64,000 nucleotides of DNA, taken from assembly GCA_002731115.1 (NCBI GenBank), contig PBZO01000001.1, forward strand, positions 75,096 to 139,095, in the 5' to 3' direction. Below, one piece after another: positions 50,504 to 60,050 of the stretch; the first letter of the stretch is position 1, and every line of letters begins with the position of its first letter. Source of the stretch: Candidatus Pacearchaeota archaeon. Lineage in GTDB: Archaea; Nanobdellota; Nanobdellia; Pacearchaeales; GW2011-AR1. A program made the translations under genes and the position numbers. The notes below the pieces were generated by a model. That model was given only the letters and a program-made list of their open reading frames with translations, was not told the origin of the DNA and did no database searches.

Positions 50504-51274
50504 ATGAATAAACAAGAACTAATTAATAAAATAATTTTAAAAAAAGAATTTTCCCAGTTACCAAAAAAGGATGTTGAATTAGCTTTTGAGCATTTTAATA
50601 AGAGAGGTTATGTGGATGAAGAGGAAATTAAATTTACTCGGAATTTATTGCGAAAGGTTTTTTCAGCTTTTACAAGCCAAAAAATATTATCTTTAAAAAA
50701 TAAGTCTCCAAAGTGGATTTTAAAAAAACACCTTTCAACAAGAGAAAGATTTAATTTTTATGAGGAAGTTTATGGGAGGCTTTTTAAGGGATTAGGTAAA
50801 AAATTAAGTATTATTGATTTGGGCGCGGGGATCAATGGGTTTAGTTATAAATATTTTAAGAAAATTATACCCCACATTAGTTATATTGCTCTTGAATCCA
50901 TGGGACAACTAGTTAGTTTAATGAATAATTATTTTGAAAAGGAGAAAATTAATGGAAAAGCAGTTCATTTAAGTTTGTTCGAATTAGAGAATGTTAAAAA
51001 ATTAATTGAAAAAACAAAAGAACCAAGAATAATATTCTTATTCAAGACAATAGATTCATTAGAGAGGTTAAAAAGGGATTATTCTAAGAAATTAATTTTA
51101 GAAATTGCTCCTTTAGTTGAAAGAATTGTAATTAGTTTTGCGACAGAGAGCATGATTAAAAGAAAAAAAATTAAAGTTAAGAGAAATTGGATTATTAATT
51201 TTTTAGAAGAAAATTTCAACCTAATTGATGATTTTGAATTAGGTGGTGAAAGATATATTTCTTTTAATAAATAA
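50504..51274 (+). CDS. SAM-dependent methyltransferase resembling the FmrO/Rmt 16S rRNA methyltransferases
   Basis: HLSTRER, IDLGAGING, FLFKT...LE, ISF motifs. Confidence 0.65.
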   Translation: MNKQELINKIILKKEFSQLPKKDVELAFEHFNKRGYVDEEEIKFTRNLLRKVFSAFTSQKILSLKNKSPKWILKKHLSTRERFNFYEEVYGRLFKGLGKKLSIIDLGAGINGFSYKYFKKIIPHISYIALESMGQLVSLMNNYFEKEKINGKAVHLSLFELENVKKLIEKTKEPRIIFLFKTIDSLERLKRDYSKKLILEIAPLVERIVISFATESMIKRKKIKVKRNWIINFLEENFNLIDDFELGGERYISFNK

Positions 51275-51304
51275 ATTTATATACTCCTACCTTTTTTGTA
51301 TAAA

Positions 51305-52507
51305 ATGAAACCAAAATTCTGCAGAAAAGTTTTGAAGAATGGCATGACCCTTCTTTTTGAAAAAAGAGATATACCTGTTGTAAGCGTTGTATTTGCAGTT
51401 AGAAATGGGGGAATCAATGAATCAGAAGAAGAAAGGGGAATTTCTCACTTTATAGAACACATGTTGTATAAAGGAACTCCTACAAGAGATACAAAAAAGA
51501 TTGCTGAAGAAATTGAAAAGAAAGGAGGAGAATTAAACGGGTTTACAAGCGAATCAATTACAGCCTATTGGTGTAAGATGCCAAGTAAATACTTGAGTAC
51601 TGCTTTGGATGTTTTAAGTGATATGATAAAAAATCCAAAATTTGATTCCAAGGAGTTAGAAAAAGAAAGAAAAGTTATTTTTGAAGAAATTAAAATGTAC
51701 AAGGATAATCCTCGACTTCATGTTTTTGAAAAAATTCAAGCAAATCTTTATGAAAAACCTTTAGGAATGTGTTTAGCAGGCACTCATCAAACAATGAACT
51801 CGATTAACCAACAAAAAATGGTTGATAAATTTAAGGAAATTTATAGGCCAAACAATATGATTTTATGTATTGTAGGTGATGCTGATTTTGAAGAAATTAT
51901 TCAATTCACCGAAAAAAATTTTGGTGATGAAAAAGGGAAAGTGCCTAAATTTAAGGTTAATTTAAAGAACGAATCTAATATTGAAGAAAGAAAAGGAATA
52001 GATCAAGCTAATTTAGTTTTTGCATATCACGTACCTTTGACAGATAATAATAAATCTTATGCCGCACAAGTTCTTAGCACATTAACTGCAGAAGGGATGT
52101 CTTCCAGACTCTTTAGCGAAATTCGTGAAAAAAGAAATTTAGCCTATGCAGTTAAAGGAGATTCAGATATAAATAGAGATTTTGCATTTAATTTAATTTA
52201 TGTTGGGACTTCAAAAGAAAACGTGGATATTGTTAAGAAACTTATTTTAGATGAATTTGAAAAAGTTTCAAAAGATTTAGATGAAAAAGAACTTAATCAA
52301 GTTAAAGAACAAATTATTGGAAATCACCAGATTTCTATGGAAGATTCTCAAAATCAGATGATTAATTTACTCCGTTATGAGATAGATGGAAATGCCGAAA
52401 AGTTTTATGAACTTGAAAAGAATATTTCTGAAGTCCAATTAAAAGATGTAAAAGATTTAGCAAAGATTAAAAAATATAGTTTTTTTGCTCTTGTTCCCGA
52501 AGATTAA
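51305..52507 (+). CDS. M16 (pitrilysin-like) zinc peptidase
   Basis: HFIEH inverted zincin motif, SSRLFSEIREKRNLAY. Confidence 0.92.
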   Translation: MKPKFCRKVLKNGMTLLFEKRDIPVVSVVFAVRNGGINESEEERGISHFIEHMLYKGTPTRDTKKIAEEIEKKGGELNGFTSESITAYWCKMPSKYLSTALDVLSDMIKNPKFDSKELEKERKVIFEEIKMYKDNPRLHVFEKIQANLYEKPLGMCLAGTHQTMNSINQQKMVDKFKEIYRPNNMILCIVGDADFEEIIQFTEKNFGDEKGKVPKFKVNLKNESNIEERKGIDQANLVFAYHVPLTDNNKSYAAQVLSTLTAEGMSSRLFSEIREKRNLAYAVKGDSDINRDFAFNLIYVGTSKENVDIVKKLILDEFEKVSKDLDEKELNQVKEQIIGNHQISMEDSQNQMINLLRYEIDGNAEKFYELEKNISEVQLKDVKDLAKIKKYSFFALVPED

Positions 52508-52583
52508 TTAATAAAAATTTTCTAGATACATTTTGAAGATAATACTTCAAAAGTCTTAAAAACCTTTTATTCTAATTTTTTGT

Positions 52584-53390
52584 ATGTTTATTGTGAAGGT
52601 TCCAGGGATTAATGGTTTAGGAAAAACAAATGGTTGTGAAAAAGCAGGAAATGCTATTTTAAAATCTTTAAAAGAAATTTATTCAACTGAACAGGGAAAA
52701 CCAATTAACGTTGATTCTCTAGATTTAGAAGAAATACATTTAGATAATAAGAATCTTGAATTAACTAATAAATTAATTTATAAAAATTCATATGATTCTT
52801 TTGAATTAAAACCAAAAACAATTTTTCTAGGAGGAGATCATTCTATTAGTTATTCTACAACAAAAGCATTTCTAGATTATTGTAACGATTCTAAAAAAGA
52901 GCCCTGTCTTATCATATTTGATGCTCATCCAGATTGCATGAAGCCAGTAGATAACAAATTTCCAACACATGAAGAATGGCTTAGAGCTTTAATTGAATTT
53001 GGTTTTCCAAAAGAAAATATACTTTTAGTGGGAGTCAGAAACGCCGATTCTAAGGAAAATCTATTTTTAAGAGAAAATAATATAAAAAAAATATCAATAA
53101 ATCAATTAACAGAAGATTTACAAGAAACTTGTGATTCTATTATGGAATTCTCAAATAGGAAGGAGTTGTATGTTTCTATTGATATAGATGTAATAGACCC
53201 TACATTTGCCCCGGCTACAGGATATCCCGAATCAGGAGGATTGACAAGCAGAGAGTTTCTATATTTAATTCAAAGAATCAATAAAATTAAAAATCTTAAG
53301 GCTATAGATATTGTTGAGATTAACCCTTGTAAAGATAAAAATAATTTAACGGTAAAATTAGGAGCCAAGATTCTAGGGGAGTTAATATAA
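52584..53390 (+). CDS. Arginase/agmatinase family ureohydrolase
   Basis: GGDHS, DAHPD, SIDIDVIDP, VEINP. Confidence 0.9.
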   Translation: MFIVKVPGINGLGKTNGCEKAGNAILKSLKEIYSTEQGKPINVDSLDLEEIHLDNKNLELTNKLIYKNSYDSFELKPKTIFLGGDHSISYSTTKAFLDYCNDSKKEPCLIIFDAHPDCMKPVDNKFPTHEEWLRALIEFGFPKENILLVGVRNADSKENLFLRENNIKKISINQLTEDLQETCDSIMEFSNRKELYVSIDIDVIDPTFAPATGYPESGGLTSREFLYLIQRINKIKNLKAIDIVEINPCKDKNNLTVKLGAKILGELI

Positions 53391-53391
53391 A

Positions 53392-53931
53392 ATGAGATGT
53401 TTTGTTGCCCTTAAATTATCCGAACATGTAAAATCAAAGGTTTTTCATGAATTTGAAAATTTACAAAAAAAGAATTTATTTAATGGAAAATTTGTTAATA
53501 AAGAAAATCTACATTTAACTTTGCAATTTTTGGGAAGTATTTCTGAAGAAGAAATAGAAGAAACAAAAAAAGAATTAAGGGAAATAAAATTTGAGAAGTT
53601 TAATTGTGGAATTGGAAAAATAGGAGTTTTTAATAATGAAAGATTTATTAAAGTTATCTGGGTAGATTTAATATCTGATAAAATTGAAAAATTACAGAAA
53701 CAAATTTCTAGCAAACTTTCAAAATTTCCCTCCGATTTTAAAAAATTTGAGTCGCATATTACAACTGCAAGAGTTAAGTTTATTATTAATAAGGAAGAAT
53801 TAATCGAAGAACTTAAAAAAATTAATTTTAGGAATTTAGACTTTGAAGTCAATGAATTTGTTTTAATGAAATCCGAATTAACAAGAGAAGGGCCAAAGTA
53901 TAAGATTCTTGAAAGATTTAAATCATTTTAA
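53392..53931 (+). CDS. thpR: RNA 2',3'-cyclic phosphodiesterase
   Basis: Two HxT motifs (HLTL, HITT); MRCFVAL; GPKY. Confidence 0.9.
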   Translation: MRCFVALKLSEHVKSKVFHEFENLQKKNLFNGKFVNKENLHLTLQFLGSISEEEIEETKKELREIKFEKFNCGIGKIGVFNNERFIKVIWVDLISDKIEKLQKQISSKLSKFPSDFKKFESHITTARVKFIINKEELIEELKKINFRNLDFEVNEFVLMKSELTREGPKYKILERFKSF

Positions 53932-54110
53932 TTTAAGCGAGGATTATTCCCCTATAAGGGTTTCTTTATCATATTTCAATGAGGATTGATTATAAATTAA
54001 AGTTAAGGAGTTTAATTTCTAAAGCAAGAGAAAATTATAATATGGCAGGAGGAATAGCCAACCTATGAGATTGATGATTTTTATGAGAAAAATTTTAGAA
54101 CACTTTTTAG

Positions 54111-54794
54111 TTAATATTTCTCATCAATAATTTTTCTTAGAATTCCAGCCTTTTTCCCAATAACTTCTTGTAAATCTTCTTTTGAAGCGTTAGTTATTTC
54201 TTTTATTGTTTTAAATTTTTTTAAAAGTTTTTTTGAAATCTTTGGCCCAATTCCCGGAAATCCTTCCAATATATACTGTTTTTGCTCTTTTTTATTAAAA
54301 GATTTTTTTCTTGCATTTAATGGAATTTCTTTTGATTTCTTTTTTGAAAGAACTGAGATAAATTGTGCAGTATCCTTATAGTTTTTTGTAAAAATTAGTG
54401 GAATTTTATATTTAAGAAGTATTGAGAGTAAGAAGCCTCTTATAGCATTTGGATGCATTCCTATTTTTTCTTCTGAATCATTATAAAGTTCTTGTTCCTC
54501 TATTCCTTCAATAATTATCAATTTATTCTCAAATTGTTGGAGTTCCATAATTTGATTTAGAAATCTTCTATTTATAATAGAAGATATAAAATCAGAAACT
54601 GTTTTTCTTTCTATTACAACATCTTTTATAATATAATCAGCAACTTTTAATGCTTTAAATTCAATTTCTAATCCAAAATTAACAAGTTCAGAAGGAACTA
54701 ATGAATTTTTCTCCCTATAATCAATTATAACTTTGGATTTTTCTTTTTTAATTAAAGATTTTCTTCTTGAAAATATATCTAATATTGGTTTCAT
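54111..54794 (-). CDS. ERCC4/XPF nuclease with HhH motifs (Hef nuclease moiety)
   Basis: IDYRE, ADY...IERKT..DF, PGIGPK. Confidence 0.9.
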   Translation of the reverse strand: MKPILDIFSRRKSLIKKEKSKVIIDYREKNSLVPSELVNFGLEIEFKALKVADYIIKDVVIERKTVSDFISSIINRRFLNQIMELQQFENKLIIIEGIEEQELYNDSEEKIGMHPNAIRGFLLSILLKYKIPLIFTKNYKDTAQFISVLSKKKSKEIPLNARKKSFNKKEQKQYILEGFPGIGPKISKKLLKKFKTIKEITNASKEDLQEVIGKKAGILRKIIDEKY

Positions 54795-56344
54795 CTTAGT
54801 TTTTCTTGGTGTTCTAAATTATTCTCATTAGACAATTCTTTTTTTATTGAATCTATTGCAGAATGCATTTTTTTCTCTCTAATTTTAGAAACATAAAAGA
54901 AATTTTCATCCCTTGTTTTTTTTGTTATGAGCATTATTAATTTCCCCTTTTTTAATCTAGCCGTTCTTCCAGCTCTTTGAATTGTTCTTATTGCAGAGGG
55001 AATGGCTTCATAAAAGATAACAATGCTGACTTCAGGTATATCTAATCCTTCTTCCCCTATTGAAGTAGCACATAACACATTTATTTTCCCTAAACGAAAT
55101 TCATCTAGTATCTTTTTTTGTTCTTTTTGACTTAAACCAATATCCGCCTTTTTTGTTTGCCCGATAAATATTTTTGAGTTTATTTCTTTAATTTTATTAA
55201 GTTTTTTTGAAATAATTGTCGCTGTATCTCTAAATTGAGTAAATACAATAATTTTTAGTTTATCATTTTTTAATTTTTCTTGTTTTATAATTTTTTCAAG
55301 CTCTTCTAGTTTAGGGTGTTCTATATTTTTAATTAATAATTCATTTGATTTTGAATATATAAAATTAAATTCAGGTTTTGCAACAAGTTTTACAACACCC
55401 TTGCTTTGCCTGTTTTTTGCCTGATTTAATAAATTTTTCAAATATTTATTAAAACTTGATAATGTTTGAGTTTCTAAAAGTTCTAATGCATGTTGAATTT
55501 TTATTGCCTGAGCGCATGCACTTACTCCTAACATATAATTAAAATTTCTGTTACCTCTTGCTAAACTTCCCATTATCTTTTTTTGAAGAGCTATAAGTCC
55601 GGTTTTTGATGAAGGTCCAAAAAGAACCTTCCTTAATCTTAATTCTTCAATATATTTATTGAGTATTTTTTTTAAAGTATATTGTATTTCTTCAAATTCT
55701 TTAGGGAGTTCTATATTTACTCTTTTAAATTCTAATTCTTGGAGATATTGTTTAACATCAATACTATCCCTTGTTCTTAATTCAACCTCTCTTATAGAAA
55801 GATTCTTACAAATTTCTTTTATTTTTGATTTTTCACTTCCCGGAGAGGCAGTTAATCCAAGAATTCTTTGATGTTTTGATTGTTTTTGGTATTGTTGAGC
55901 AACATAATTATAATCATAATTTTTTAAACACCTATGAGCTTCATCCTCTATTAATAAACAAACTTCTTCTAAATCATAAATTCTATTTTTTAAGTCATTT
56001 GCGATACATTGGGGGGTTGAGAAGATTATATCTGATGTTTTCCAGTTTTTCTTTCTTTCTTCTGCCTTTACTTTTCCAGTGAATAATTGAAAATCTGCAA
56101 ATAATTCTGGAAGATGTTTTTTAAATGAAGTTAGATGCTGTTCTGCCAAGGGTTTTGTTGGAGCAAGAAAAACAACTTTCTCACCAGGAAATTCTTCCAT
56201 TCTTTTTATTGTAAGCATTAATGCAATAAGAGTTTTTCCAAGTCCTGTTGGAAGAACAACTAAACAATTATTTCTTAGACAAGTATCATATATTTTTTGT
56301 TGATATTCTCTAGGTTCTATGTTTTTTAGAAATTTTTTGGGCAT
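54791..56344 (-). CDS. hef: Hef/FANCM-like SF2 helicase
   Basis: PTGLGKT, DEAHR, GLTASPG, EEGLDIP, QRAGRTAR. Confidence 0.9.
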   Translation of the reverse strand: MPKKFLKNIEPREYQQKIYDTCLRNNCLVVLPTGLGKTLIALMLTIKRMEEFPGEKVVFLAPTKPLAEQHLTSFKKHLPELFADFQLFTGKVKAEERKKNWKTSDIIFSTPQCIANDLKNRIYDLEEVCLLIEDEAHRCLKNYDYNYVAQQYQKQSKHQRILGLTASPGSEKSKIKEICKNLSIREVELRTRDSIDVKQYLQELEFKRVNIELPKEFEEIQYTLKKILNKYIEELRLRKVLFGPSSKTGLIALQKKIMGSLARGNRNFNYMLGVSACAQAIKIQHALELLETQTLSSFNKYLKNLLNQAKNRQSKGVVKLVAKPEFNFIYSKSNELLIKNIEHPKLEELEKIIKQEKLKNDKLKIIVFTQFRDTATIISKKLNKIKEINSKIFIGQTKKADIGLSQKEQKKILDEFRLGKINVLCATSIGEEGLDIPEVSIVIFYEAIPSAIRTIQRAGRTARLKKGKLIMLITKKTRDENFFYVSKIREKKMHSAIDSIKKELSNENNLEHQEKLR

Positions 56345-56381
56345 AATCCAAAAAGTTGTTAGGGGTATAAATAGTTTTATA

Positions 56382-57008
56382 TTAGACTAATAAAAAGATA
56401 TATCCTAATCCAATTAAAACCAAAACAGCTAAAAAACTCCAAATTACTATACTTCCGAAAAATATTTTGTTTCCATCTAAATCAGCTATTGGAAGCATAT
56501 TAAAAAATGCATAATAGATATTTAGTTTTGCAAATTCTGGAAAATTAATCAAATACCCAATTATGCCAAAAATTAAATTAACTAGAATTCCTGCGGATGC
56601 AATAAGTCCAATATGATCTTCTGTCATCTCTGAAAAATTATAAAGGCCATGTCTTTTTGCTGCCCTATATGTTTTTGGTTTTACATCAAATATTAATGAA
56701 GCCATCCATTTGAAGTATCCTAATGAAAATATTATAAAGATTATTGGAAGAAATATTCCTGCTGGAAAAGGATTTTTAAAATATCTCCTTGGTTTAAATC
56801 CATATCTTTTAATTTCCCATAATTTTATTTCTATTTCTGAATCAAGATAATAACTAGCAACCTTTTTCGCAATTATATTTATAATAATTATAAGGAAGAC
56901 TGCAATTAAAGAATATAAAAAAATATTCAAGGTTTTCATTAAACTTATTGTAAATGCAAGAACTAATGTTACAATTAAAATTGCAGTTATTTCTTTTTTA
57001 TTTAACAT
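56382..57008 (-). CDS. Site-2-protease (M50)-like membrane protein lacking HExxH
   Basis: FNMLPIADLDG motif present; HExxH absent. Confidence 0.65.
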   Translation of the reverse strand: MLNKKEITAILIVTLVLAFTISLMKTLNIFLYSLIAVFLIIIINIIAKKVASYYLDSEIEIKLWEIKRYGFKPRRYFKNPFPAGIFLPIIFIIFSLGYFKWMASLIFDVKPKTYRAAKRHGLYNFSEMTEDHIGLIASAGILVNLIFGIIGYLINFPEFAKLNIYYAFFNMLPIADLDGNKIFFGSIVIWSFLAVLVLIGLGYIFLLV

Positions 57009-57056
57009 ATTTAATTAAGATAATTATTTTTTATAAATATTGTTATATTATTTAAA

Positions 57057-57374
57057 TTAACGTTGGATATATCTTTTTTTTGATTTAATACAATTTTTTG
57101 CAGTCATTAATTCAGATGCAATATAACCCATATTTTCTAAATTACATAGTTTTCTCTTTGCAATTTCTTTTATCATTTTATCCGTATTTTTCCCTCTTAA
57201 TTCAATAATCATTTTGTGTTTATTATTTACAAATCCACAACAGATTTTATTGTTTTCAATTTTTATAAGAAAGTAACCTTTTGAATCTTGTTTCCATGGA
57301 AATTTTAATTTATCACATGAAATAATTTTTCTTGTTTTTAATATTTCTATTTTATGAGAGGGGCATTTTTTCAT
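57057..57374 (-). CDS. DUF4346 domain protein
   Basis: DSKGYFLI...YIASEL..A...YIQ pattern. Confidence 0.7.
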   Translation of the reverse strand: MKKCPSHKIEILKTRKIISCDKLKFPWKQDSKGYFLIKIENNKICCGFVNNKHKMIIELRGKNTDKMIKEIAKRKLCNLENMGYIASELMTAKNCIKSKKRYIQR

Positions 57375-57489
57375 TAGATTAATATATAAGGTTTATATTT
57401 AAGATTATCTTTTATGGATTTTAAAAATAACTTTATCAAATATGTTTAAATGACGAAATATTTATAAATAAGTCTATGCTGGTTTTAGT

Positions 57490-57768
57490 ATGAGAGTAAA
57501 AAAGATAACAGAAGTAATTGGTGTAAAAGTTTATACTGATTCTGGAGATTATTTTGGAGAAGTAGAAGAAGCTAATTTACATGAAAATAAAATTGATGGA
57601 TGGAGAATAAAAGTTAGTGGAAATATGATGTCTCTAATTAGTGGAGCAAGAGGTGTAATAATTCCACACCAGTTTGTAAAGGCTATTAGCGATATTTTTA
57701 TAATAAATAAATCTGCATTACCTACTCCGGAGTCTGATACCGGAGAAGTTTCTGAAGAATTAGCATAA
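57490..57768 (+). CDS. PRC-barrel domain protein
   Basis: VYTDSGDYFGEVEE...IIPHQFVKAISDIFII. Confidence 0.88.
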   Translation: MRVKKITEVIGVKVYTDSGDYFGEVEEANLHENKIDGWRIKVSGNMMSLISGARGVIIPHQFVKAISDIFIINKSALPTPESDTGEVSEELA

Positions 57769-57776
57769 ACTTTGAT

Positions 57777-58262
57777 ATGGTACAAGAGACTATTTTTCAA
57801 CATTGGATTTTTACCCAGTTTGCTTTACCTTTTTTATTAATTTTTGCAGTTTTATATGGAATTCTTGAAAAAACAAAAATTCTTGGGGATGGAAAACATC
57901 AAATTAATGCTATTGTCTCTTTTGTTGTAGGTTTAATCTTTGTAAGTGCGGTTCATCCAAAGGAAATTGTTGGAAATCTTATTTTATTCTTAACAGTAGC
58001 ACTTGTTGTAGTTTTTGTAGCATTGTTACTCTGGGGATTTATTAAAGGGAAAGTAGAAATTGGAGGCAACATGGAGAATGTTTTAATGGGAGTTGTTATA
58101 GTTGCTGTTATTGCTGCTATTTTTTGGTCGATGGGAATTGATATGGGCGCAATTGATTTATTATTTAACCAAAGTTGGAGTAATACTCTTTGGACAAATG
58201 TAGCATTTGTTGTAGTAATTGCTATTGCTATTGCCTTAGTTTTAAGAAAATCTAAAGATTAA
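57777..58262 (+). CDS. Conserved membrane protein
   Basis: LPFLLIFAVLYGILEKTKILG...INAIVS. Confidence 0.75.
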   Translation: MVQETIFQHWIFTQFALPFLLIFAVLYGILEKTKILGDGKHQINAIVSFVVGLIFVSAVHPKEIVGNLILFLTVALVVVFVALLLWGFIKGKVEIGGNMENVLMGVVIVAVIAAIFWSMGIDMGAIDLLFNQSWSNTLWTNVAFVVVIAIAIALVLRKSKD

Positions 58263-58298
58263 GAATAGTTTAGAAACATATTTAAACAAAATATTCTA

Positions 58299-58883
58299 AT
58301 GAGTTATATGTTGGAGGGATTAATATCATTAGCTTCATATAATTATTATGGGGGGGAAATTGGAAATATATTGTCGCAGGCAGAACAAATGGGGGTATTT
58401 AGTTATCTTCTACCTTTTTTATTAATCTTTGCAATTGTTAATGGAATTTTATCAATCACAGGACTTTTTGATAGCAATAAATCAATTAGCCCAATTATTT
58501 CTTTGACAGTATCCTTAATGGCATTGCAATTTGAGTTTGTTCCTAGATTTTTTGCTGAAATTTTTCCAAGATTAGGGGTTGGTTTGGCTATTATTTTAGT
58601 TCTTATATTAATTATGGGTCTTTTTTCTCCAGGAAAGGAAGCATGGTTCGGTTATATTATTTTTGGGGTTGGAACAATTATTTTAATTACAATTTTAGTA
58701 CAAACTGCCGGAGCTTTGGGATGGTCTGCAGGATTTTGGTGGTATGATAATTGGGCAAGAGTTGCATTTTGGGTGGGTTTTGGTGTTATTATTTTAGCCA
58801 TACTTAATATAAATAAATCTTCTTCCTCAGCAGAGACAATTTTTTCTAATTTCCTTAAAAACGCAATGGAACCAATAAAATAA
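58299..58883 (+). CDS. Conserved membrane protein, paralog of 57777-58262
   Basis: LPFLLIFAIVNGIL...ISPIIS. Confidence 0.75.
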   Translation: MSYMLEGLISLASYNYYGGEIGNILSQAEQMGVFSYLLPFLLIFAIVNGILSITGLFDSNKSISPIISLTVSLMALQFEFVPRFFAEIFPRLGVGLAIILVLILIMGLFSPGKEAWFGYIIFGVGTIILITILVQTAGALGWSAGFWWYDNWARVAFWVGFGVIILAILNINKSSSSAETIFSNFLKNAMEPIK

Positions 58884-58885
58884 TC

Positions 58886-59620
58886 TTATTTCCTTCTAGA
58901 AATCTTTTTTATTGTTTTAACAGGGGCATTCGTCTTAGAAATACGTGAAGATTGTAAAACTGATTTTGAATTTCTTGGTTGATTTATATTTCTTTTTTCT
59001 ATCCTATTTGCTATTGGATTTACCATTTTTCCAAATGAATCTTGCATCATTCCCATTTCTTTTTTTATACTTCCCAAATCTTCTCCATAAGAACCTACTT
59101 TCTCAAGAATTGCAATTTGTAATTTATCAATTGTTGTTTCTATTTTCTTTAATCTATCTGTAATATTCTCTATCTTTGTTTGGGTAAGTGTTTTAAATTC
59201 ATTCATATTTTCTACCTGTTTTTGTATTTTTTGTATTTTTTCTGAATATACTTGTTCTGCTATCTCAATTATATTATCTGTATTATCTATTCCCTGAGGA
59301 GAATATTCTCCATAGGTATCTGGTTGATAAGCTCCATCTTGTTGAACATACTCTTGTTGGGGTTGAGGAGTATAGATTTCTTGATTTCCCACCTCTTGAG
59401 TTTGAGGAGCATAAGGTGCTTGAGGGGAAGATGATTTCTCCATAATTGATGGTTGCATATTAGCATTTTCTGTTCCAGAAACAGCATTTTTTATTTCTGC
59501 CTGACTAAGAGCATCATTTATTTCCCTAGGAGAAATTCCTTGTTGTTGCAAATTATTTACAATTTCCTCATCAGGTTTTCCTTGATTTCTCATTTGTGTT
59601 ACTTGATCTAAAATACCCAT
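58886..59620 (-). CDS. Hypothetical protein (small helical N-domain, P/Q-rich linker, coiled coil)
   Basis: 244-aa ORF; IIEIAEQV...LEKVGSYG segment. Confidence 0.7.
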   Translation of the reverse strand: MGILDQVTQMRNQGKPDEEIVNNLQQQGISPREINDALSQAEIKNAVSGTENANMQPSIMEKSSSPQAPYAPQTQEVGNQEIYTPQPQQEYVQQDGAYQPDTYGEYSPQGIDNTDNIIEIAEQVYSEKIQKIQKQVENMNEFKTLTQTKIENITDRLKKIETTIDKLQIAILEKVGSYGEDLGSIKKEMGMMQDSFGKMVNPIANRIEKRNINQPRNSKSVLQSSRISKTNAPVKTIKKISRRK

Positions 59621-59621
59621 T

Positions 59622-59969
59622 TTAATTATTAATTTTTTCTAAATCTTTTTTTCTTACAAATTCCATTGGTTGGAACATTTTAGCTTGTTTTGACAAAATT
59701 TCTAAATCTTCTTTTCTAGCAAATTTTGAAAATTCACTAGAAGCCATTTCCAAAAAAGACGTTGTTCTCTCTATATTTTGTTTAAGAATTTCAATATCTT
59801 TTTTTATTTCTAAAGTATTTTGATTGCCTCTTTCTTTTATTTCTATAAGATTTTGACCTATTAAAAGAAGCCTATCTTTCAAGATTCTCTGTTTTTCTTC
59901 CAAATCTCTAATTTTAATATTTATATCTCTAAATTCCCCTGTGGGCGAATTTAATTGTTCTTCAACCAT
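59622..59969 (-). CDS. Coiled-coil hypothetical protein
   Basis: Heptad pattern; FARKEDLEIL motif. Confidence 0.7.
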   Translation of the reverse strand: MVEEQLNSPTGEFRDINIKIRDLEEKQRILKDRLLLIGQNLIEIKERGNQNTLEIKKDIEILKQNIERTTSFLEMASSEFSKFARKEDLEILSKQAKMFQPMEFVRKKDLEKINN

Positions 59970-60050
59970 AAAAGAATTAAATAAAACAGGTTTAAATTTG
60001 TTGCTATTTCTTATACAAAATATTTTAAACTAGTTCTTCTTTTTTTATTT

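Noticed and set aside
53932-54110. Intergenic stretch between thpR and the ERCC4 gene with short reading-frame fragments
   Set aside because: No intact ORF, RNA structure or repeat could be supported.
57290-57303. TTTCCATGGAAA palindrome resembling an ORB
   Set aside because: One base shorter than the ORB core, no G-string, inside an unrelated gene far from oriC.
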